Shown here: one piece after another, positions 12,317-26,253 of the stretch
How the letters are laid out: every line of letters starts with the position of its first letter
Numbering within the stretch: the stretch's first letter is position 1
Source: Daphnia carinata
Taxonomy: Eukaryota
Direction: 5' to 3'
DNA: 64,000 nt
Assembly (NCBI RefSeq): GCF_022539665.2
Contig: NC_081331.1
Span: 5,394,001-5,458,000, forward strand
The notes under the pieces: generated by a model
The model's input: only the letters and a program-made list of their open reading frames with translations
The model's database searches: none
Told to the model about the DNA's origin: nothing
Made by a program: the position numbers and the translations under genes

Positions 12317-13521
12317 ATGGCCATTATGAAGAACACTATCGCTGGACACTGGATCGCAACGGTCATCTCTACCGTCCTCATCTTTCAAAGTTCGATCGTC
12401 AACAGTTTGCCTCTACCTGACGGAACCCTCTCATCATCAAGTATGTTTAGATTTCCCATTTAATCCCTTGCAAAACTAAAAGCTTTTATTTGTTATCCCG
12501 AGTTTATTTTTCTCTCGTTCGGGACGAGCGAAGCGAAGGAAGGGAGGTGTAGTGTTACATAGAAAGCCATCTCCTTGCGTATCAGTTTTTCAGTCTAAAT
12601 TCAGCAAGTCATTTTGCGGTGTTACAAAGACGTACAAACGCTGAAGTGTTGCCTCTAATTGGTTACGACGTTTCGCGTAGGGCGAAGCTTGTTGATGTTG
12701 TAGATAAAGCTAAACAGAATTTCGAAAGACAATTGACGCACGACGAATGTGAAAACAACGTGCAATTCAAACTTCTTCAGGTGTGTAAGTACACAATCCA
12801 TCCTTAAAAAAAAAAAAAAACGCTGTGTAACAACTCACGTCATGTAGGTATTTAAAAGTATGGCTTGTCTTTCGATGGCATCCCAAAGAAGATTGATGGG
12901 GAAAACTCATGAAATTAAAAATGCATTTACAACTTTGGAATTTTGAAGAATGATGTCTCGTTCATTTTTTGTTTTTCATCAGACGAAGCAACTTCATTGC
13001 CCATCGATGCCACCCAGAATAGGGCGGATGAGGGCGTTGTTCTTCTAGTGAAGGATCAAACCACTCAGCCGGCTGCAGCTCAGCCTCTCGAGAATCCTTC
13101 GCCTAAAGTGCGGGTCCTTCCGCCAGTTGAAACGATGCTCGAAAACGAAATATGGCAATATCGCTATCCACCTTTCGATAACTTGTTCGATGAAAAAACC
13201 AACGAGGATTCGGATAACGACGAGGCAACTCCAAGCGCAAGATCGCCAAGATTAAACACGGACGCTCTGCCCAGCTACGTCATTGGAATCTTAGATCCGG
13301 CTGAACTGGTCGACGGACTCTTTCAGCAACGCCCGTTCACGTTCGGATTAGTGCGCAGCCAAGCGAATGCCTTCAACAAACGGAACTCGGCGTCGAATGT
13401 CGACGATGCCATCAGACGACAAGGAAAAGGCGTTGCAGAGTCATCTCAAAAGATCTTCGATGTACCCAGAATTATCATTGATTCAACATCAGATGACGAT
13501 CGCTGGGTGTGGCAGAATTAA
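12317..13521 (+). CDS. Putative secreted protein of unknown function (2-3 exons)
   Basis: Exon 12317-12440 encodes a signal-peptide-like MAIMKNTIAGHWIATVISTVLIFQSSIVNS|LP and ends in phase 1 at GTATGT. An optional symmetric exon 12605-12784 ends at GTAAGT. The last exon starts at 12983 after a tttttcatcag acceptor, in phase 1, and is open to TAA at 13521. Confidence 0.55.
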
Positions 13522-16500
13522 CTTTTTTTTTTTTTAATTTGTTGCTCGAAAGCTTTCTGAAACTCACGTTGCATCTCAAATGGAAGCCACCTGGAGGCTG
13601 TAATCGTTTCAATTTTCATCCAGTATCGAACTCCGTCATCCGATTTCTATATAAAATTTTAAGAGATTGTTTGTTCTTTTTTTTCCACTATTCCTTCTCC
13701 AATCCATTGTAACCGCTCATGCAATACAAGTTTTTTTTTTTTTTTAAACGAAAATGTGTTTCTTGTAAACAAGTCTGTATCCTACGCATCACTAATCGCT
13801 TCGTAGTGAAAACGCACAACTTTCTTTATTGGCGTTTCGTCAGAGTTCGAGATCCGGATGGTGCTGCGCGTCAAGTCAAAGTGTATAATCATTCATTGCA
13901 TAAATTGAAGATTGACGAACAAGTTGCAGTTGGCATCCGTGCAACTATTGCTGCAATACTTCGACCAGGGCTTTTTTTTTTTTTTTCCTTTCCGACCACA
14001 TTTCAAAATTTCCTTTTGTTTGCCTCAGTCTTTTTTTTTTTTTTTTTTTTACCTGTCCCGCTGTTTTCTTTCTCAATAAGGCGCGGTCCGTCAAGGTAAA
14101 ACGTGATCCAGGAAGACGTGTACGTCGTTTATTTAACTGGAAACGATGATGCCGCCAGCTGCGAAAGTCATTGCTGTTTAGTGCAAGCAGTGATAGTACC
14201 GTTCCTTGTAATTTCAACAGCCGACTCGTGAAAACAGAAAAAGTCGGGCGTGCAATGCGCCGACCGTCGAAAAAACGTGAAAGTCCAATATTTCGTGCGT
14301 CTTGTGTTTGCCTCAATTTTTGCGTTATTAACATTCCGGAAACACGGGGAGGACACGAATGAGTAAAAGTGATTAGAAAAGGCAAACTTTCTAAACGACG
14401 TCTGGAAAACATTTTCGTCTGACTAGTTTTGTCCGGCAAAACATTCATCCATACAGAACGTTCTTCTTCTTATCTCCACTTCGATATAGGGAAGTTCTTC
14501 TTTCTTTTCGTGGTTATTAGAAACGCTGTCTGCATATCCAACTCGTCCTATTTTTTTTTTCTTTTTTCAGACTCCACATTTTGTTTTCCCATCATTGCCC
14601 GTTTTTTTTTGTTTTTTTTTTAGGCACAGTCTTCCGGGAGAGTTACAGCATCAACCAGCTGGCCATGTGTCACGAGTTCTGTTTTATCTCTTTCTCCAAA
14701 AAGCACCTGGACAAGCACACATAACGACTAGTGTTGATCCATTTTCGTACTTTTTTTTTTTTTTTTCAGGATGTCTGATGAAACTCTATCTAATCAACGT
14801 AACTCGATTAAAAATGAATCTTACCATGAAACATTCCAAAGATTTAGCCCATTTAATGGGTGAGGGCCTTATTAGTCGTGGCGCATTCCGATGCGCAAGT
14901 CTGTGCACGGGTTGCCGTCGACCGTCTGTTGAAACGCAACGAAAGTGAAAGTTGTCACGCTACGTAGCGGGGCCGACGGATGCAAATGCCTCGCCTTAAA
15001 CAGTTTAGTTCCACATAGAAATACATCGCACGCATTCTCTCTCGTCTAGATATGGTTGTCCAAATACTTTCCAGCGTACACTTGTCAAAAATTACAATTG
15101 CTGGCGAAGTAAGGGCGACATGCTGAATCAACAAATAATATAGTTTTTCAAAAAATGTGTAAGTGATTGAGCTGAAATACCCTGGCATCGAAAAAAAAGG
15201 AAGAAAAGAAAGCTACACAAGCGTAACCCAAGAAATATGAAAGAGCCAATCATTTCAATCATCATGTCATCTTTTTTTTTTACCGAATGACACATATCGG
15301 AGTGATGAGCCCGGTGGGAAATGGACTGAAAATCTGAACGAAAAGGTTGGCATTTTCACGATGATGTCTTCCCATTTCGTATGCAAAACATCCTTCAAAG
15401 TGGGAATGCTGTACAAAGCTGCGTACAAAAAAATAGAAATAGAAACAGAATAAGCGCATAGAGGTAGTGCCGCCGAGCTATCTGATCCACTGGTTTCAAA
15501 TCTCGGAGTTTAGCCATTCAACAAATGTACGTGCCGGCAATTTTGAACGCGCATGTCTAATTTTCAGGTAAGAAAAAAAAAAAAAAAGACATGCGGACAA
15601 AGCACGAGGAAGTTGAACGAACTGAGCATCAATCGAAATACAATGAGGGGGCACTGTGCTGTATTTTCCACAACGACGTCAAAGGCAAGCGACATGGAAC
15701 ACACATAAAAACAAAGAGAAGAACGAAATGGATCAATCGTACACACGATTCACGCAATACTTGATGGATACGTCATTTTGCAGGTCAAGTATATCAAGTA
15801 AAACTAAATGTCACGATATGATTATGGCACATGATATTCACCGAAACTTTTGTCGAAAAAGTTGTTGATTTCTATAGCCTTTAAATAGCTTTGTTTCAAC
15901 CAATTGTACGCGAGCTTTACAATCAGCCCGAACGTACGTCGTTGTTTTTTTTTAGTCTTGAGGTTATTTGGATGATTCAATCCTGTTTCATATTAGCTAA
16001 TACTAAACAATAAACAATAAAAATTTATTCGATTAAGGCGATTAGTCAGGTATGTAGGTTATTCCATCTACGATCAATGTCGGCACATGGTTAATGTGTA
16101 CAACTATAATAATAATTTTTTTTTTTAAACCATTTTTCTTTTGTTTTTGTTTTTTGTACATTAAAAAAAAAAAAAAAGCAAACAGATACGAATGGATGAA
16201 GTTTTGAGCTGGCTATGAACCGTCTTAGAGGACACTTAAACGGCTTAAGGCATATGTCACGAAATAATTTGAAAATCTGTACAGACAGCGCAAGCGCAAC
16301 ATAAACGATGTCAGTCAGAGTATTGCATAATAAGTCATTAAAATATAGTTTTGAAATGTACAGGTAAAAATTCGAGTCGAACATCCACGTACGTACACAT
16401 TCACTCACGCACACACACTTATCCCACAATGATATAAAAAGATAAAAAAATAAAAAATAAAAAATAGAGTCAAGTTAATAATCTGACTTGGTTATACTCT

Positions 16501-16595
16501 TTGACGAGGTTAGCTTTGAAAAAAGAAAACAATTTAAAAGCAACACCGACCGATGAAATGGACGTTCAATCAATTAAACTTTTAAAATCAATGCG

Positions 16596-16629
<34 letters not shown>

Positions 16630-16735
16630 AAAACAAAAGGTTTTCCATTTTCTTATAAAAGTCATATCACCTCGATTGAAAAGATTGAGAGAAAGAGACA
16701 GAGCGAGAGAGTGCCAACGTCTGCCCGTTGAAACA

Positions 16736-18139
16736 TCAACGGTACATTATGTCGGCTTCGATGTTGGTTCTCATCTGATTGTGGCCGCCACTGTTGCGCT
16801 TGATGGTGGCCGTCGGATAGTCGCTGACGTTGCTGTTGCTGATCTTGAGCGGCGGCGGCCGCAGTCCCCGGCCCAACGTGCTCAAACTGCCGTTGCCGCC
16901 ACCGCCACCGACATCTTCGATGCCGCTCGTCTTTTTCCAGTCGAGCGACCCGACAGAGACGTAGTGATTCTGCTGCTTGGCCGACAAGTAATGCGGACTG
17001 GACGGTATCCGCGGCTTACTGCCCCCTACTATGGTGCCGAATCGACCGAGATCCAGCTGGCCGTCCTTTGCGCGCAGGCACACAATCAGGACGGCTAACG
17101 TCAGGAACAAGCCGCCAAAGATGCCCACAATAACAGCGCCGATAATCACTCCTTTCGGCGATTGATCGAAACTGTTCAATGAAGCCACCGCCAACGTGTT
17201 GTCTGTTCAAAAGAAAAGAAAACATCATGAAATTGAATGCAAATGAATTACAAAATCGTACGCTAAATTTTCACACGATGACGCCAATAAGGGCAAAATA
17301 CCCAATTTCGTAACCCAACAGTCAAAGGTTTAACAAGTCAAAGTGAAAAGAATCAAAGGTATCATCATGTCAGACTTTGATTATAGAATTTTCTTCCGTT
17401 GAAGAAAACAAAACCCAACGCAAATATTTTGACTGGGCTAATCACGCACGACGTGTACGCGTGCACCTACGCCATATGGTCATAATACGCACCTTCTAGA
17501 TTAGTGATGCAAACACGCTCTTCTTGGCTACGCCCCTGGCACAATCCTGGTGCGGTGCCTTGTCCAAGATCGCCCACCAGGCATCTGCGCCTCCGCATCT
17601 GCATCCCGTCCGCGTCGCACAGCGACCACGACGACCAAGCGTCCCATCCTTCCGTCGCTGTATGTCGTGAAAAAAAAAAAATAAATAAATAAATAAATAA
17701 AAATAAAAGTATGATGATTAACATACGACTGTAAACATAAAAACAAACTTGTGAAACAGAAAAACCGCATGTTTCTTACAGCGCAATAATAGAATTCCGC
17801 CGTGAAACGGCTCTCACACGCCATAAGAGGGGAAACAGCGAATCACGCTCTTTAAAAAAAATTTAATAACGCGAAGTAAAAACGACCAGCAAATAAAAAT
17901 TTCACTGATTTCAAAATAAACAAATCAATTCATTTAAAAAACACAAACAGTGAAGACGCATAAAATTATGATGATACGGCTGCTGGACATGGCTACGCTT
18001 ATTGCGCCATTGCATCACATTTTCCGTGTCTAGTTGCAACGCTAACGGACCATGCTAATAAACAAGCCACACTCGATGCATTTGACATAAATGGTCAACG
18101 AATAGATAACGCACAACAGGATTCTCTCTTTCCCTTTTG

Positions 18140-18170
<31 letters not shown>

Positions 18171-21100
18171 CTGACTATTGAAACGAATTTTATGCACAGA
18201 CAATTTCCCTTGCCGGATGTTTTTGCGTTTTTCATTTTCTTTTGTTTTTATTTTATTTTTGGCTATCTACGGTTGTAAATCAATCGAATCCCTGATGGCT
18301 AAATTAATATCATTCATCCTGTAGATGGGCACGGACGGCACGCAACTCCTACACGTCAATGCCATTTTCTCTCGTTTTCTATTATGGGACCGGCAGCAGT
18401 TAAACCACTTTACTCGGCGCTTTTTATTACGACCGCGAACAGTACTAAAAAAAACAAAACTACATTGCCAATTCGCTCCCATTCCGCTAAAACTGAATGT
18501 TTTAGGAAGACGAAAAGAAAAATAATAAATAAAAATAATGGAGGGAATAAAAGTGAGATAAGAAAAACTTACGTTCGCAACTGGGATTATTGCAATATTC
18601 TTTCATTTCGGACGGACCGACGCATCCTTCGACGTCCAAGTCGTTGAAGGCGGCAGGGTCGTCACCGCCTTCAACGGAGCACGTCCGTGAACGGGAGCGG
18701 GTTCCTTGTCCGCACGTGACCGAACACGACGACCAGTCGGTCCAGCAACTCCAGACGCCTTTGCATGGCTGCAGATTGCAGACGCGCTCCATCAAAGTGG
18801 GACCGTCGCAGTCGGACGAGCGCAGGTAACCCGGTCCTTCGCAAGTCCTCGTCCGCTGTTGCCGTCCTCCTCCGCACTGGCGAGAACATTCCGTCCAATC
18901 TGACCACTCAGACCAACCGCCTTCCGTATTGCCGGAATCTTGTGTTTTTGACACGTAACAAAAAAAAAAAAAAAAAAAAAAAAAAAGAAAAGAAAGAAAA
19001 AGTTAGTTGCAATAGCGGCACGTTTTTGAATAGCAAAGCTTCTGGAATGCCATCTGTTGACATCGTGCTGCACATTAAAGGCGTTGAGTTTTCTAAACAA
19101 AAAAAATGCAGCATACGAAAAAGCACAAGGAACGACAATGACCGTGCGCTTTTCAAACCCCCTCCATCTCGTGATTTGTACACGAGCCACTTGTCAAACA
19201 CAAAAGTATACGGAATGAAGATCAAAGTGAAAAGAAAAACGAACCTGTTCTGATACAGGTGTCGTCCTTGTGGCAGATGCGCTCCTCAAGTTTCACGGCG
19301 CCGACTTTGAGCAGGTTCATGTCGACAGGCGCTTTGCAAGAGAAACGGAATCGACGTTCGATGCGGCCGAGATCCGTGTCGTTGGCCAGCAGCCAAGGCG
19401 TCCAAGAGGTGACTTTTTTGGCTTCAGAGCAGGCGTGTACATTGCACGTTTCGTATTCTACACCGCAGCCGGAACAATCGGCTCCGCCGTGTTGCGGCGG
19501 CGGACTGTCGCAGCGCCTCAGCCGCGAGCGGAATCCACCACCGCACGACGCGGTACATTCGCTCCAGTCGCCCCAGTCGGACCATTGGCCATCAACAGGT
19601 GGAACACTCTTGACTGGGCAGGGCGGATTGCTCGGACAGTAAATCTCGTCGCGATCGGGACCGACGCAGAGTCGGCCGCCAAAGGCCGGCTCCGGATTAC
19701 CGCACGATCGGCGACGGGTCTTGACGGCCAAGCCGCAAGTCTGCGAGCAGGCCGACCAAGCTGACCATTCGGTCCAGCCTCCGTGTCGGGTGCAGTTGGT
19801 CACTTCGTGACCGTGACCCAGACATCGCTGGCCACCGTGCGCGGGTGCCGGTCGATCGCACTGGCGCTGGCGGCACGAACAGCGATCTCCTTGGGCTCCA
19901 TCACCGGTGTGCGCGCACTGCGCCCATTCGCTCCATTCTCCCCAACCGCCATCGACTAAAAAAAAAAAAAATCGAAAGAATTCAATTAATTATTCATGGA
20001 TTCTCCTTTTGCTTTTTTTTTTTTTTTTTTGGGGGGGGGGGGGGGTATCTATAAAATGTGTTCATGTTACTGCATGATGTTGGCAGTTGGTAAACAAATA
20101 TTGAAACAGCTGTCGTGGTGATTCGGCACGTATTTACTTGATTTCGAAACGAAAAGCGAAAAACCCCAGAAAACATGTAACGGTTTTAAACGATTAACTA
20201 GACTGCAGATTGACTCGCTAACCTTTCAAACTGAGGTTCTATTGCGTGGCAAAAATTGTTATCTGGCAAGTGTCGAAAAGGAGAAAAGATGGCAAGATAA
20301 AAGAAAAAAGCGAGGTAGAAAATTGTTACAGCTGCCGTTTTTCTCTGCTCGACAACAGAAAAACATTCGGTCATTTTGGCTGCTGTAAACGACAAACAAC
20401 AGTCGATAGCTAACAAAAAAAAAAAAAAAAAAAGGATTGTAATCTACCCACTTGTCTAAATATCTATCCCCCCCCCCCCAAACAACATGCATATTCAAAC
20501 AAGCTGCAGTTCAAATATCGACGAACAAACTCTGCAAACGTTCAATCAATTCGTTATCAAGCAACGTCGTTTGTTCTTTGAACGACCACCAAAACAAAGC
20601 GCTAGCAAACCAATAGAACCCCGTGCCCACTGATTTCTATCCAAACACTGTTCAAAAAACAAATGCTAATCTATTTCGAAATTTAAATTTGAAAAAAAAA
20701 AAAAAAAAAAAAAAAAAGAAATAAATTTATGTTTGCTCACCTGGAGCGTTGAGTATGGGACAGCTGGTAATGCTCTGTTGCCAGTAAGAGACGAGCGGAT
20801 TCTTGTTGGGCGGCGGCGAACACTCCTCGAGAACCGACTGCCAACCGCAATAAGGATCCATGGAATTGAGGCACTGCATCTTGGTGGTGAAGCGTCTGCA
20901 TCGTTGGCTAGCGCCCAGCCGGATCACTTGGTTCTCCGTTCCAATGTAAAGGGCGTTCTGCAACGTTTTTTTTTTTCGGCACAAGAGAGAGAGAGAGACA
21001 CATGATACCAGTGTTACAAAGAGGCGACAAAGACAAGTAGAAACAAAAGACGTGGCTTAATAGATCGCATTTCACAAAGAAACACAAAAGGGGCAAAAAA

Positions 21101-22311
21101 ACAAAAAACAAAAAACAAAAACAAAAAAAACAAAAACAAAAGAGAAACGATCAAGGTTTTTAGGCGATGTGACATACTTGCTGTCTGAGGTATTGCATCG
21201 TTTTAATCTGGCGGTCGGCCAGTTGGCTGGACGACTTGAAAGGATCGATGATCTCGACGAGACAGGCTTCCTGCGTCCTGGGCAAGACAGAGTACTTGCG
21301 AATGAGGCCGTCTCGAGAGCTGGCCACGTACAGAACGTGAACGGACGAGTGGATCTTGGTGGCCACCACGTCGACAGCTATGTGGCTGAAACGTTCTAAA
21401 TCGAGCCGAATGAGCGGGCCGAGTCCGTTCTTGCCGTGCCTGGCCGCCGGTTGGACAGCGCGATCCATCAGCTGGTACTTTTCGGCTTCCAATAGCGAGC
21501 TGCTCGTGCTCGGATGCAACGAAGACGAATGGCTCTGATGATGCGAATCGCAATGCGAATGCGTGTGGCTCGAATGGACGCTCTCCCACGTCGACGTCGG
21601 GCTCGACTGCGATCTGAACGGGCCGGCGAAAGACTCTTGCATCGAGTCGAGCGTGAAAGAACATACTGCCGATCCGGCAATTGAATTCCTGGTTGGAAGG
21701 GAAATGAATGATTCATTTATTTATTTATTTATTCTTGTGCCGATGCCAAAAGTGCCGAGAAACAAAAAAACGCATTCAATTGATTCAAAACTTACTCTGG
21801 AGTGGTGAACGTGGCGTAAAAGAGGCGTTCCTCTTCCAGGTAAGTGACGCTCTGAATGTTGTCGTAGTAAAACGGGTATTCGGCCGGCAGCGAACAGTTC
21901 AATCGCGCTTTCAAGAACGTCGTCCAAGTGTCTTTCAGCATCAGCTGGCCACCGCCCCAATCGTTTTTGCAAACCCTGGCCACGCGCGAATAAACGGCCT
22001 TGCCGCAATTGCTGTACTCGACGGCCGCCTCGCGGAAAAAGAAGTAAACAAAATGATCGGCTTCGACGGAGCCGACGAATTCGGGCACGTTCAGCCACTT
22101 GGCGTTGTATTGCATCGTCCTCAAGCGGCCCTTGTTGTGCGAGTGGGACGTGCTGCCGCTAGCGCCAGCGGTGGTGGGCAAAGGCAGCCGGTAGATAGCG
22201 TTATCCTGGCCGGAGAAATCCGTCGGTGAGCCGATATACAAATCGGCCGAACCTCCCGGTCCAGTCGACAGCAAACTGCTGATGCGACTGTGAGGACTGT
22301 ACGGACACCTG

Positions 22312-22344
<33 letters not shown>

Positions 22345-23679
22345 CCATTAATTTTTTAAGTACAGAACATTTTGGTGAATGATTTATTGCGATGGGCTTT
22401 TTTTTTGTTTTGTTTTGTTTTAAAGATGAGCGAGAAAAGGTGCGCAGAAACCGACAAAACGATGGAGAGAGGAAAATGAGAAGAAACCTTACATTAACTG
22501 CCATTAAGACCTTTCAACCCATTCATAATTCGTCAGCCGCTCTATTTCAAACTTTCTACCGGTTTTCTTTTTTCCTTTTTTTTTTTTTAAAGAAAATTTT
22601 GTTTTATGACAAAAAAAAACAAAAAAAAAAGGCAGCGACCGCTCCATTGTAGGAGTTGGCCAGATCATAAGCGAGATAGCCTCAGCTTCGTCACGGAATG
22701 TATGTTAATGCGCATATGCAAAACGGGATTATGACGCCGGAGACATGGCCGTTATTTTCACGAAACAACAACAACAAAATATCTAAATTTTTTTTTTAAA
22801 GCCCAATCTCTTTAATCCCCTATATATACTGTCTATATATTTTTTAAAGCTTCTCCCACTGACAAATTTCTTTAGTTAAATCACGTTGAATAATTTCCCC
22901 ACCGTCATTTCTTTTGTTTGTTTTGTTTGTTTGTTTTTTTTCGAAAAGAAAGCAGCGAAGAAAGAAAAATGTTATCGGAAAATAGCGCGTAATGCTCGTA
23001 GCGGGAGGGCTCTAATCTATTATGCAAAGTTATAATAAAAACCGCGTCAGTAGAGAAAAAAAAACAAACAAGAAAAATTATTTTCACGTAACGGTACGTT
23101 TCTCCCCCAAAATCAGACGCTGCTGTTAGTTGTTTCAATCAAAACAAGTGTAGAAAGAAAGAGAGAGAGAGAGAGAGAAAGAAAGAAAAAAAAAGAAAAA
23201 GAAAAAGAAATAGCGCAAATAGTTTGATGTTACCTGGCAACGCCCGATGACCATTCCGAGACGACGTCGATGGCCTCCACCGGACGCCAGGAGCAGCGCG
23301 GCGAGAAGGCGTTGGTCCCGCACGCCAGAACTCGCTCACCTAAGGAGACGACACGCATAAGAGAAAATACATTTCCATATACATAATTATCGAGTGGTTT
23401 TTTTGTTTGTTTCTTTTTTAGAGGTCGTTGCTTGTCCTTTATTTATTTTATTATTATTTTTTTTTTTTTTTTAGGGGATATGTTTTTTTGTTTTTTGTTT
23501 TTTTTTAATTCTTTTGACTTTTTAATTTGGGCATCAACCGGCTTTTTTTTTTTTGATGGCGAGATTAATAAGGCATTGGATCGAGCCATTTGTCCGTTTT
23601 TTTTTTTTTACCGTTCGGGCTACCGACGGGAAAGAATCAAGTTTGACATGACACATGACGTCCAGCGAAATGGAGAGAA

Positions 23680-23745
<66 letters not shown>

Positions 23746-24007
23746 TGGCGAGGAATTTTCTTCGTTTTCTTTCGACATCGCCCTTAAAAAGAAGAAAACA
23801 ATAAATTCAAAAGTGTTTGAGTCGCATACCGTGAACGTGCAGAACGCGGATGTAGTTGTGACAGTCGTCCTCAGACTGGCCCTTGTCTTGACAGAGACGG
23901 ACAACTTCGTCGGCGGCCGGCCAGCGCGACTCCTCCAGTAGAGCCAGTCCGTCCAAGCTCAAACGGAACAGGTAATCCCTGAAATGTTGCGGTTTGAATT
24001 TGAGGGG

Positions 24008-24044
<37 letters not shown>

Positions 24045-26156
24045 GGGGAATGAGAAATGCGAACAAAAGATTGAAAGTCTGAAAATTAATAACGCGGCGC
24101 GGCATTCGTAAATTAAATTCATTTTTCAAAACGCGGTGGATTTTGAAAAAAGAAAAAAAAAAAAAAAAAAAAAAAAACATTTTCAATTCTACCAGCGTAT
24201 GCAAATGAGTTTTAGTTTGAACTCATTCATTTTCGTTTGTCCATTGAAATCGGTGCCCTGCAGTGAGATCCTATTCTTCATTCCACAATATCAATTTTAT
24301 ATCTTATTCTTTTCTTCTTTTTTTCCCGCAATTTTACGACAGTCCACAACGGCCGAGAATCGAAACATTAAAGAACAGATTTCTCAAACAATAGTCCGTC
24401 TAAAAAAAAAAGAAAAAACGATGCACGGAAACGTGAAATTGTGGGGCCGTATTTGTTGTTCCATAACCAAACGCCGTTTCACACCGACTATTAAAAAAAA
24501 AAAAAAAAAGACTAAACTAAAAATATAAAATTAAAACTGAAGCTGCTATAAATCATCCCGGACGTGAACACACAATCACCTCAGCGGGTGGTCTTGCCCT
24601 TCTTTCTTTTTTTTTTTTTTTTTTGCTCGAATCACACCGACATCTCTCCGTTTTTTTTTTTTTGTTTTGTTTATTTTTTTATTTCCGCTGTGTGGTTCGT
24701 TTTTTTAATAGATACGCACGTAAAAGATACGGTCGCACGCATATATCTCCGATTGAATGATGAGTTCAAATCCCGTTCTCTAGTGCCTCTCTCTCTCTCT
24801 CAGCCTGCCATCCATCATTCGATTCAAAATGCCGATCGGAGATATGGAAGTGATAGCCAAATAAACACAAATCTTATGGCATTTGAAAGTCAAATACGAA
24901 ATTTTTTTTTTTGTTTTTTTGTTTTTTTTTGTTTTTCTTTGGGCGTTCTATGGATATATTTTATTCATCTGATTTCGAGATCTTTATTACCGCAGCGGCA
25001 ATGCAATCACGCGATCGAGGCCAAACAGGAGAGGGGACGCAAATATTTCACGTTTTTTTTTTTTTGTTTTTATTAGCAAAGCGATTTCAAGGAAATGGCG
25101 ACATTTGCCAATGTCACCCATAAATTATGGCGTGCAATAATCGAAATTAAAACACAAGCGCACGAAAGAAAATGAAAAAAAAAAAAAAAAAAAAAAAATT
25201 CCCGAGACGTTTGATATTTTTTAATCCCCCCCCCCTTCTTTTATGTTTTGTTTGTCTTTCGTAACAAAAAAAAAAAAAACAAAAAAAAAAAAACCGAAAC
25301 ATGTCGATCGGCTTGGTTACAACATCTGGGAGTGGAACGAGCCATTAGGACGCCATTGAAACCGGTTGGAATATCGGCGATCAAAAAAACGAGCGAGGCA
25401 GTTAAATGACATCAAAATAGAAGAAGAAAAATAAACAATAAATAAATAAAAAGCCAATCGAAAATGAAAACAAGAAAAAAGGGCCCAATTCTATGCTGAA
25501 AAAAGTCCAAAGTCCAAAATCATTGGGTTCGAATTTATTTTTTAAATTGACGCCGTATGTTTCAATTGACCTCCGCAAAGAGCTCTCTCATTATTCGTTG
25601 CAACAATCGCACTCTGTGTTGGTTAATGCGTTTTTTTTTTTTTTTTTTTCTTTGACGAGAAGAAGGCTGCCTTATTTGTCGTGATGCAATTCGAAGAGAA
25701 GAGGTAAACCCATCGCCTTCTAAGGGTGTCACTTTCCCTACGCATTTTCGGTCTGATTTTGATTGATGGGGGACCACGGTTTTTCATTAAATTTTCGAGC
25801 GCAATGATCCAAATGTTGATGGTGGGGGGGGGGGGGGGGGGGGGGGGGCGAGTGTGCGCGGCGGATTGTCTATCTTTTTTTTTTTTTTTTAGTGTGTGTG
25901 TGTGTGTGTCAAACTGGTTTGATTGATGTTGCCAACCATGTAGGGAGAAAAAAAAAAAAAAAGAACACCGTACACTATTCGCCGTGGACGATGGCAGTGA
26001 CACAAAATCATTACCGCCTATCTGTATGGAGTCGATGAATATTTATGAGATCCCATAGAGCTGTTTTAGTGTCTCATGTTTTATGGTCCCTTTTCTTTCC
26101 TGATTTTTTCTTTTGTTCAAAAATGTTTTTTTTTTTTTTTTTTTTTTTACAACATT

Positions 26157-26203
<47 letters not shown>

Positions 26204-26219
26204 GGTTTTTTTTAAATTT

Positions 26220-26253
<34 letters not shown>

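Noticed and set aside
12161..12388. Minus-strand ORF with YSSYSNRLGTF resembling the start of a BIR domain
   Set aside because: No downstream BIR Cys/His residues, and it overlaps the better-supported plus-strand signal-peptide exon.
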